Source: an uncultured Dehalococcoidales bacterium
GTDB taxonomy: Bacteria; Chloroflexota; Dehalococcoidia; GIF9; AB-539-J10
Length of the DNA stretch: 64,000 bases
Assembly: GCA_964578745.1 (NCBI GenBank)
Contig: CAZODZ010000002.1
Coordinates: 17,123-81,122, forward strand
Direction: 5' to 3'
The notes beneath the pieces were generated by a model. The model saw only the letters and a list, made by a program, of their open reading frames with translations, did not search any database and had not been told where the DNA came from. A program made the position numbers and the translations under genes. Shown here piece by piece: positions 21,744 through 29,224 of this stretch. Each line of letters opens with the position of its first letter. Within the stretch, counting starts at the first letter, position 1.

Positions 21744-22661
21744 ATGGATGCCCCCGTACGGGGTCGGCTTATTGCGGTGGAACAGAACTTCTATCTACTT
21801 GACGTCTTTGCAGAAGGCCAGTACTCCGGCAATCAGCTGGCGGTCTTTCGCAACGCTGCGCATATTAAGGCGGATGACATGCGCAGGCTCGCAGCCGAGG
21901 TTCATTTTTCGGAGACCGCCTTTATCATGTCCGACGAACCTTGGAGCGGTGCGTACGCCATGCGTGTGTTCACTCCGGCTGAAGAGATACCTTTCTCTGG
22001 CCATGCTGTGCTCGGCGCTGCGTATGTGCTGCAGACGGAGTTGTTCGGTTCCAGCTACCCGCAGATGGCCGTAGACCTGCCGTGTGGTCGCGTGAACATT
22101 GCGTTCACTTACCGATACACGGCTGTTGACTTGGTGTGGATGACTCACCTGCCTCCAGAATACGGCGGGACAGTGGAACGGCACGCGGCGGCAGCTGCTG
22201 TGGGGCTGGACGTGTCGGAGGTTATTGAAGGGCTGCCGGTAATTCAGGTGTCCACGGGGATGCCCTTTCTTATGATTCCTGTGCGTTCGCGCTTGGCTCT
22301 GGCCCGCGCCCGTGTGGACACGCAGAAATACGTCTCTCTAAGGGAGGCTACAGGCGTCCGCTCACTGTACCTCTTTGCACCTGAGACATACAGTGCTGAT
22401 AACCGCTTCAGCGCGCGGATGTTTGCGCCCGACTATGGCATACATGAGGATGCGGCTACGGGTGCTGGCGCAGGATGCCTGGCAGCGTATGTGCTTGACT
22501 ACATGACTCCCGAATTCGATGCCACTGACTTCAGCATTGAGCAGGGCTATGAGATATGGCGGCCGTCGCTTCTTTTCGCCCGGGCCCGGCGGGGTGTTGA
22601 AGGTATGCGGGTCGATGTCGGAGGTCGTGTCCAGATGGTGGCACGCGGAAGCTTTGTGTAG
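21744..22661 (+). CDS. PhzF-family isomerase (phenazine biosynthesis-like protein)
   Basis: The N-terminus has the PhzF/DapF fold signature ...YLLDVFAEG..GNQLAVF... A TGgTACAAT -10-like box lies 4 nt before the ATG, so the transcript may be leaderless. Confidence 0.7.
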   Translation: MDAPVRGRLIAVEQNFYLLDVFAEGQYSGNQLAVFRNAAHIKADDMRRLAAEVHFSETAFIMSDEPWSGAYAMRVFTPAEEIPFSGHAVLGAAYVLQTELFGSSYPQMAVDLPCGRVNIAFTYRYTAVDLVWMTHLPPEYGGTVERHAAAAAVGLDVSEVIEGLPVIQVSTGMPFLMIPVRSRLALARARVDTQKYVSLREATGVRSLYLFAPETYSADNRFSARMFAPDYGIHEDAATGAGAGCLAAYVLDYMTPEFDATDFSIEQGYEIWRPSLLFARARRGVEGMRVDVGGRVQMVARGSFV

Positions 22662-22845
22662 CGGATGGTGACGCCGTTCCGACGTTGGCAAGTCGCGCCG
22701 GATGTCCGCCCGGTGAGATACTGAACTTGGAGGTCCCATCTCTCTTCCGCATTTTCAGTTTGAAATTGTTGCGAGCGACCGCACAACTAAGGCGAGGCTC
22801 GGCCAACTCACTACGCGGCATGGTGTTGTTTCGACACCTGTCTTC

Positions 22846-23934
22846 ATGCCGGTTGGCAGCCAGGCAACGGTCAAGTCCATCACACCGGAAGAGGTTCAAG
22901 CAGCCGGCGGCGAGATGATACTGTGCAACTCATACCATCTCTACCTGCGCCCGGGTGTGGATGCAATTCGCGCTGCCGGTGGACTCCACGCCTTCATGGG
23001 ATGGCAAGGGGGCATAGTCACCGACAGCGGAGGATTTCAGGTCTTCAGTCTTGCTGGGCTTCGGGCCTTGGATGATAACGGTGTGACGTTCCGCTCTCAC
23101 ATCGATGGAAGCGAACATCGTTTGACGCCCGAGACCTCCGTGGCTATTCAGGAAGCCCTTGGAGCAGACATAATCATGGCGCTCGACGATGTTCCCCCCG
23201 CCGACGCTACGGACAGCCGCGTACGGGAGGCAGTTGGGAGGACTCACCGGTGGGCTGAACGCTGCCTCAGGGCGCAGACCCGCGATGATCAGGCTCTCTT
23301 CGCAATAGTCCAGGGTGGAAGGGATCACGGGCTGCGCGAGTATTCGGCACGCTCTCTCCGGGCGCTCGACTGCCCCGGATATGCCATTGGCGGTCTGAGT
23401 GTCGGGGAGGCCAAGGAGACCATGTATCAAGTATTGGCGTGGACGGCTCCTCTGCTTCCCGAAGGCAAACCACGTTATCTGATGGGTGTTGGAGCACCGG
23501 AGGATCTTGTTGAAGCGGTCAGTCATGGAGTTGACATGTTCGACTGCGTGCTGCCCACCCGGGTGGCACGGAACGGAGCGATTTACACGGCGAAGGGGAG
23601 ACGTAACATTAGGCATGCCTCGTTCAGGTTGCAACACGGTCCGCTTGAAATGGGCTGTGATTGCTATACCTGCCGCACGTTTTCTGCTGCCTATGTGCAC
23701 CATCTTTTTCGCTGTGAAGAATTACTCGGCTATCGTCTGGCGACGATTCACAACCTGCGTTTCATGCACCGTCTGATGGAGCACATCAGAGAGGCGATAC
23801 GAGTTGGAGATCTGCAAGAGTTCAAGAAGGAGTTTGCACGGACGTACCGGCCATCCAGCGAGGAGGCGAGGCTTTCTCACCGGCGTAGTCGTACCAGAAC
23901 TACATTTCACATTGACAGGAACGGGCTATCCTGA
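22846..23934 (+). CDS. tgt: queuine tRNA-ribosyltransferase
   Basis: Tgt conservation runs throughout, including the Zn site CDCYTC. The conserved N-terminal 31 residues (FQFEIVASDRTTKARLG..HGVVSTPVFMPVG) are encoded in frame upstream with no ATG, GTG or TTG. The true start is therefore upstream and unresolved. Confidence 0.8.
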   Translation: MPVGSQATVKSITPEEVQAAGGEMILCNSYHLYLRPGVDAIRAAGGLHAFMGWQGGIVTDSGGFQVFSLAGLRALDDNGVTFRSHIDGSEHRLTPETSVAIQEALGADIIMALDDVPPADATDSRVREAVGRTHRWAERCLRAQTRDDQALFAIVQGGRDHGLREYSARSLRALDCPGYAIGGLSVGEAKETMYQVLAWTAPLLPEGKPRYLMGVGAPEDLVEAVSHGVDMFDCVLPTRVARNGAIYTAKGRRNIRHASFRLQHGPLEMGCDCYTCRTFSAAYVHHLFRCEELLGYRLATIHNLRFMHRLMEHIREAIRVGDLQEFKKEFARTYRPSSEEARLSHRRSRTRTTFHIDRNGLS

Positions 23935-23936
23935 CG

Positions 23937-24647
23937 GTGGGTGCTATTCTCACGTATAACAATGTTCTCTGGCTGGCGTTTGTGCTCGTCGACCTTGCTG
24001 TTGCCGTTGCAGTGTTCAGGCTCTTCGGCAAGCACGGCCTTGTTGCCTTAGTCGTTGCCTCGGTGATAATGGCCAATGTCCAGGTCACCAAGTCGGTAGT
24101 GCTGTTCGGCCTGACAGCGACCCTCGGCAACGCTTTGTATGGCAGTGTGTTCTTTGCCACGGATATATTGAGCGAAGTCTATGGACGGCAGGAAGCTCGC
24201 AGGTGTGTGTGGCTCGGTTTCCTGACCATGGCACTTGTCATACTCTGGATGTCTTTCTGTCTGAGCTTTGTGCCAGGCCCCTTTGACCTGGCCCACGAGT
24301 CGCTTATGCAGGTCTTTGGTTTCCTTCCACGTATTGCCCTCGGCAGTCTTGTGGCGTATCTGGTCTCCCAGCACCACGACATATCGTCCTTCCATTTCTG
24401 GCGACGGCGGACACAGGGGAGGCATCTATGGCTTCGTAACTGCGCCTCGACGATGGTCTCACAGGCAATTGACAGCGTCCTCTTCTGTTTTATCGCCCTA
24501 TGGGGTGTCTACCCTCCCGGGGCATGGCTTGAGATATTGCTGACGACGTATGTGCTCAAGTGGGTGGTGGCCCTTCTCGATACACCTTTCATTTATCTTG
24601 CGGTTCGCCTTAAGCCTTCCGACCTCCCGACAACCGACTCGAGGTGA
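23937..24647 (+). CDS. yhhQ: queuosine precursor transporter (YhhQ/DUF165 family)
   Basis: The product is polytopic and carries the YhhQ motif NALYGSVFFATDILSEVYG. It starts 3 nt after the tgt stop, so queuosine salvage genes are co-located. Confidence 0.75.
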   Translation: MGAILTYNNVLWLAFVLVDLAVAVAVFRLFGKHGLVALVVASVIMANVQVTKSVVLFGLTATLGNALYGSVFFATDILSEVYGRQEARRCVWLGFLTMALVILWMSFCLSFVPGPFDLAHESLMQVFGFLPRIALGSLVAYLVSQHHDISSFHFWRRRTQGRHLWLRNCASTMVSQAIDSVLFCFIALWGVYPPGAWLEILLTTYVLKWVVALLDTPFIYLAVRLKPSDLPTTDSR

Positions 24648-24798
24648 CAGGAGCGGCACTGATCGGAGGGGGTGCTTGCAGCAATGTATCCTGTCCTGAG
24701 AATCTCTGAGAGCGTTGCGCCAGTGGACAAAGCTGGTTATAGTGGCATCAATCGCACATGCCTGCGAGACGAAATGGCCTGGGGGGTGAAGGGTTCAT

Positions 24799-25568
24799 AT
24801 GAGCCTGAGGCTCGACTGTACCGACTCTGGATGTTACATCCGGGTGGACTCGCTCGACCTCCCGTGTGCCGCCTGTGGCGGATCTGTCCAACCTGTCGAA
24901 CTCCGCGCTTATGGGCCTGTGCGTCTGCACGTGGCACCACCGGAACAGACAGGCCCGCTTCTGTGGCGCTACGTGCCACTGCTGTCTGTCTCCAGTCAGT
25001 TCGGCGAAGCGTTACTTGGCGAAGGGGAGACTTCTCTTGAAGAGACGCCGCAGCCTGTAGCCAATCTTCGTGGCAGTCGACTGCTTCTCAAGGATGGAAT
25101 GGTCGACTCTGCTTGGGCAATCCAGGACCGTGGGGCTGTTGCCACCATCGTGTCCAGGGGCAATATGGCTGCATCTGTTTCTGTGTGCGGTGCCTGTGCA
25201 GCTCTGTGGGTAGCCGTGGTTGTTGGCGGGCGGATTCTGGACTCCGAGTTATCCCTGTGGCTGTCTGTGGCTCAGCTGTCATACGTGTTTGGAGAACAAC
25301 TTTGCTCGTTGTGACCGGTCTCTGTGCCTTGCGCCAAAGACCATTCGCTCTGTCAATTTCGATTCTCCCCCGAGGAGGGTCGATGGTTTCAAGACCATTG
25401 CATATAAGGTGTGCGAGGAGATGGGATACGGCCTGTCTGAGTGAGTTGTTGAGCCCACAAGTTCTGGTGGGGTGGGGACTCCTTTCTGCTGATGACCCCG
25501 TTGCCTGCATCATTACCGGCAACGGACTGAAACATGTGCCAGTCTCACAGCGATGTCGAGGTTTTTGA
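24799..25568 (+). pseudogene. thrC: decayed threonine synthase (thrC) remnant
   Basis: Three frames carry ThrC-like pieces: the N-terminal Cys motif CTDSGCY..CAACGG, a region LLLKDGMVDSAWAIQDRG where the PLP lysine of SFKDRG is replaced by Q, SRGNMAASVS, DGFKTIAYKVCEEMGY and the C-terminal ITGNGLK. The remnants span about 770 bp, against more than 1 kb for an intact gene. Confidence 0.5.
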
Positions 25569-25637
25569 CTGCAGGTCAAGTCGACTGGAAGATTTAATGT
25601 GACAGTGGCTCGCGATGTACCACGAAGGAGAGGATCA

Positions 25638-27206
25638 ATGAGAGTCTGCACTGTACAAGAGATGCGCGAACTGGACCGCCGTGCTGCAGATGAATATGGA
25701 CTGCCTGCCCCCATCCTCATGGAGAATGCGGGACACGCTGTCTACCGGGTCCTCAGGTCAGAATATGGTACGGATGGTCGCCGTTATGTCGTTGTGTGTG
25801 GTAGGGGCAACAATGGAGGCGATGGCCTTGTGGTAGCACGGCTGTTGCATTCCGATGGTGCTGACGTGCGGGTGTATCTCCTTGCTCCTGAAGAGGCGCT
25901 CTCCGGTGATGCCAAGGCGAACCTCGATGCTGCCAGGAAGGCTGGCATCCCGCTGCAACGCGTACAGTCGCTTGATGATCTGTATCTCGGACGTCGGTGC
26001 GACGTGGTGGTGGATGCCATCTTTGGAACGGGTATCACCCGTGAAGTGGAGGGCCTTGATGCCTTTGTGATCAATCGTATCAATGATTCCGGCCTTCCTG
26101 TTGTGAGCGTCGATATTCCCTCGGGCGTGGACGGAAACACAGGTGCCATTCACGGTACGGCGGTAAGGGCTGCCTGCACGGTGACGTTTGGCTTGCCAAA
26201 ACTAGGGAATCTGCTGCCACCGGGAAGGGAATTGGGTGGTCGTCTCTTCGTTTCCCGCATTTCTTTTCCGCCGGCGCTGTACGGTACTGAGGGATGGGCA
26301 CGGCTGGTCAAACCGGTCAGACTACCGCCTCGTCGACTGGAGAGCCACAAGGGAAGCTATGGACAACTGTTGCTTGTCGCGGGAGCCGCCGCCTATCGTG
26401 GTGCACCAGTCCTCTGTGCGCTCTCTTTTCTCAAGTCCGGTGGTGGCTATGTCCGGCTTGCAGCCCCTCGCTCCATCGTCTCCCAACTCGCGACGATTGC
26501 CTTCGAATCTGTGCTTGTCCCTCTTGAGGAGACCAGCGAGGGCAGTGTGGCGCTCTGTAATCTGCAGGACCTCGAAGAGCATGCGCTGGCTGTTGACCTC
26601 ATGGTCGTTGGTCCTGGACTCTCGCTCAACCCTGAGACGCAGGAACTTGTGCGTGCTCTTGTCTCGCTGAAGGACATTCCTGTGCTGATAGATGGCGATG
26701 GCCTGACTGCGATAGCTCAGGATGCGGGAATGGTGCGCGCACGGAATGCTCCAACACTTCTGACGCCTCACGCGGGTGAAATGTCACGGCTGCTAGGATG
26801 GTCTGTTGATGAAGTTGTTTCTGACCGCGTCAGAGCTGTTCGCGAGGCATCCCGTGAATTCGGTTCCACGGTTCTGTTGAAAGGTGCCAGCACGCTCGTT
26901 TGTGAGCCCGACGGTGTGGTCTCGATCAATCTGACGGGAAACCCTGGCATGGCGACTGCTGGGTGTGGCGATGTCCTTGCAGGCACGATTGCGGCGCTTG
27001 TAGGCCTTGGCTTGGAGCCTCGCAGCGCAATGGAGACCGGCGCGTTCGTGCACGGTGTAGCTGGAGACCTTGCAGTGGAACAGAAGGGCCAGGATGGTAT
27101 CATCGCAAGGGATGTCATGGAGCAACTGCCAGCAGTGATGAGACTCTACCGGAGTGATTTACAGTCTCTTGAACGCAACCGTGACAGTCGAATTGTCGTT
27201 ATATAG
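25638..27206 (+). CDS. nnr: bifunctional NAD(P)H-hydrate repair enzyme (epimerase/dehydratase)
   Basis: The N-terminal YjeF-N domain (GRGNNGGDGLV) is fused to a C-terminal carbohydrate-kinase-like dehydratase domain (GPGLS...CGDVLAG). A GAAGGAGAGG RBS precedes the ATG at 25638. Confidence 0.85.
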   Translation: MRVCTVQEMRELDRRAADEYGLPAPILMENAGHAVYRVLRSEYGTDGRRYVVVCGRGNNGGDGLVVARLLHSDGADVRVYLLAPEEALSGDAKANLDAARKAGIPLQRVQSLDDLYLGRRCDVVVDAIFGTGITREVEGLDAFVINRINDSGLPVVSVDIPSGVDGNTGAIHGTAVRAACTVTFGLPKLGNLLPPGRELGGRLFVSRISFPPALYGTEGWARLVKPVRLPPRRLESHKGSYGQLLLVAGAAAYRGAPVLCALSFLKSGGGYVRLAAPRSIVSQLATIAFESVLVPLEETSEGSVALCNLQDLEEHALAVDLMVVGPGLSLNPETQELVRALVSLKDIPVLIDGDGLTAIAQDAGMVRARNAPTLLTPHAGEMSRLLGWSVDEVVSDRVRAVREASREFGSTVLLKGASTLVCEPDGVVSINLTGNPGMATAGCGDVLAGTIAALVGLGLEPRSAMETGAFVHGVAGDLAVEQKGQDGIIARDVMEQLPAVMRLYRSDLQSLERNRDSRIVVI

Positions 27207-27284
27207 TAAAGCCGTTTTGCCTGTCTTGTATGACCGGTCGGAGGTACAATCGGGTGTGAATAGTAATGGTGGTGAGTGTTTTTG

Positions 27285-27336
27285 CGTACGTAGACCTTCT
27301 ACGTACGTTGACAATCGTGAAGGAGGGAATTAGAAT
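27285..27336 (+). promoter_or_regulatory. candidate operator palindrome plus a consensus-like promoter for the tubulin-like gene
   Basis: A 10-bp-arm inverted repeat (cgtacgtaga-cct-tctacgtacg, 27285..27307) abuts TTGACA (27308..27313). A 17-nt spacer leads to TAGAAT (27331..27336). The ATG lies 7 nt downstream, which predicts a leaderless mRNA. Confidence 0.5.
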
Positions 27337-27342
27337 AGCCCC

Positions 27343-28515
27343 ATGAAGCTGCTCGTGATAGGACTTGGACAATGCGGCGGCCGTATCGCCGACCGTTTTG
27401 CACGTTTGAACAAGAGGGGCCATGCCCTCCGTGGCATGGACACGCTGGCCGGCGTGTTCGCGGTCAATACGGATATCACCGACCTCAGTGGTCTTCGGAC
27501 CATCAAGCCTGACTATAAGCACCGCATTCTTATCGGTGCTCAGCGTACCAATGGCCACGGTGTGGGCAAGATCAGCGAACTTGGAGCGGAGATTGCCAAC
27601 GAAGACGTAGATAAGATCATCGACGCCATCCGGACGGCTGAGGGTTTTTACGAGACCGACGCATTTCTGCTATGCGCGGGTGCCGCAGGCGGCACAGGCT
27701 CGGGGTCGATAGGGGTTCTTACTAAACACCTGAAGGAACGTTATATTGGCAAGCCTGTCTATAACGTCATCGTCCTGCCATTCCGACAGGAAGAGACGAC
27801 TGAAACAAGGACTATCTACAACACGGCAACCTGTCTGAAGTCGACGTATCTGGTGGCGGATGCCGTATTCCTCATCGATAACCAGCGCTATGTGAAGAAG
27901 GATGCGGCTGCGGAGACTAACCTCAACACTATCAATGCCCGGGTTGTGGAGCCGTTTTATAATCTCCTTTGTGCGGGGGAAGAGACTAACAGGAGGTACG
28001 TCGGCTCCAAGACGCTCGACGCTGGCGACATAATCCAGACACTGGCCGGGTGGACCGTTATCGGCGGCGGTATGTCACGACTCCAGAGGCGCCTGCCGTT
28101 CTGCGGGCCCAAACGAGACTTCCGCGAGAAGATGTCAGACACAAGCCGTGCTGTCCATGCCATGGATCAGGCCATCAGTGAGTTGTCTATGACAATCGAC
28201 CCCACAGACGCGGGCAGAGCGATGTATCTCTTGACCGCACCGTCACGGGAAATGAGCATGGATGTCATCAAACAGTTGGGTGATAACCTCAGGAACCTTG
28301 CACCCAATGCCTTGATTCGCAGTGGGGACTATCCCCGGGAGACTAGGCAGGTGGACGTTACGGTGGTCCTGTCCGAAATCGGTAGCGTCCGCAAGGTCAC
28401 GGACTACTTCACCAAGGCCATCGATCTCATATCGGTCATGAAGGCCAAGAAAGGGCTGGGTTATCAGACCCGGCGACTGGAAGAGGCGTTCGACGAGATT
28501 CCGGTGTTGCTATAG
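27343..28515 (+). CDS. tubulin/FtsZ-superfamily GTPase, CetZ-like paralog (not the canonical FtsZ)
   Basis: It has a GLGQCGGRIADRF Gly-rich N-terminus, the T4 motif GGTGSGS, NGHGVG, ELGAEIANEDVD and a T7-like DAGD loop. The overall pattern resembles archaeal CetZ more than FtsZ. The canonical ftsZ is at 52325..53458. Confidence 0.75.
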   Translation: MKLLVIGLGQCGGRIADRFARLNKRGHALRGMDTLAGVFAVNTDITDLSGLRTIKPDYKHRILIGAQRTNGHGVGKISELGAEIANEDVDKIIDAIRTAEGFYETDAFLLCAGAAGGTGSGSIGVLTKHLKERYIGKPVYNVIVLPFRQEETTETRTIYNTATCLKSTYLVADAVFLIDNQRYVKKDAAAETNLNTINARVVEPFYNLLCAGEETNRRYVGSKTLDAGDIIQTLAGWTVIGGGMSRLQRRLPFCGPKRDFREKMSDTSRAVHAMDQAISELSMTIDPTDAGRAMYLLTAPSREMSMDVIKQLGDNLRNLAPNALIRSGDYPRETRQVDVTVVLSEIGSVRKVTDYFTKAIDLISVMKAKKGLGYQTRRLEEAFDEIPVLL

Positions 28516-28538
28516 TAGCAGGGGAAATTGTCTATGAG

Positions 28539-28580
28539 CTACAGTCCCTGTCAGTTCTGACAGGGACTGTAGCATTTTTC
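28539..28580 (+). terminator. Rho-independent terminator (possibly bidirectional)
   Basis: A perfect 15-bp inverted repeat (ctacagtccctgtca / tgacagggactgtag) with a 3-nt loop is followed by cattttt. It lies between convergent genes. Confidence 0.7.
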
Positions 28581-28601
28581 TCCCTTTTGTCCGCCGGGAA
28601 C

Positions 28602-29135
28602 CTAGTGACGAGCCTTTGTAAATATGGCCCAGGTAGTGGCAATTGCTTCCGCGTGCTGTTTCCGGGCGGTTCTCTCGGCCTCGTCCCGTTCCTTCAGCGC
28701 CTGTGCGACGGCGTCATCATAGCTCTTCTTCGATTCGGCCGCTGCCGCCTCATACGACTGCCTTGCCTGGGCGATTGCTTCGTCAAATGCCTGTCGTGCC
28801 TTGTAGAGGCTCTCTTCCATCGCCTTTCTTGCGTGAGCAAGGCTCGAATCATAGGACTTGCGCGCCTGGGCTATGATGTCCTGGCAATTCTTGCGTGCCT
28901 GCTCGACCGCGCTGCTGTAGTCCTTCTCAGCCTTCTGTTCCTGTTCCTTGTAGGCGCGCTCAAGTTCACGCTCGGCTTCAACGTATGCCAAATATGCTGC
29001 CGCGGCGCGCTGCTGCGTCTCGTCCAGAAGTCCTAGGGTCGGCTGCTGTGATGTTGTGGTCTGTTTCTCTGCTTCTTCAGCTGGAGTCTCGTTCTCCTGT
29101 TGCTGCTTCACTGCCGCTCCTTCTGAGGTGGTCAT
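28602..29135 (-). CDS. hendecad-repeat coiled-coil protein (177 aa)
   Basis: It has about six tandem 11-residue repeats (AQARKSYDSSL / AHARKAMEESL / YKARQAFDEAI ...). An AAGGAGGG RBS precedes the ATG at 29135. Confidence 0.6.
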   Translation of the reverse strand: MTTSEGAAVKQQQENETPAEEAEKQTTTSQQPTLGLLDETQQRAAAAYLAYVEAERELERAYKEQEQKAEKDYSSAVEQARKNCQDIIAQARKSYDSSLAHARKAMEESLYKARQAFDEAIAQARQSYEAAAAESKKSYDDAVAQALKERDEAERTARKQHAEAIATTWAIFTKARH

Positions 29136-29224
29136 CTATGCCCTCCTTCTTGCCGTCTTAGTCATCAAAATGCGCTGGGTACCTGTCGCCCCCAGTTGTC
29201 GCTCCGTGAGCGCTTCCCAGACGA

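Noticed and set aside
25088-25720. 210-aa minus-strand ORF across the thrC remnant region
   Set aside because: It has no family similarity. It overlaps the frames that carry recognisable ThrC motifs on the plus strand, so it is better explained as the antisense of a decayed gene.
27343-28515. Possibility that the tubulin-like gene is simply a duplicated ftsZ
   Set aside because: Its Gly loop (GQCGG), the NGHGVG/ELGAEIA blocks and the C-terminal domain pattern differ from the canonical FtsZ encoded at 52325..53458 in the same window. It is kept as a distinct, CetZ-like paralog.
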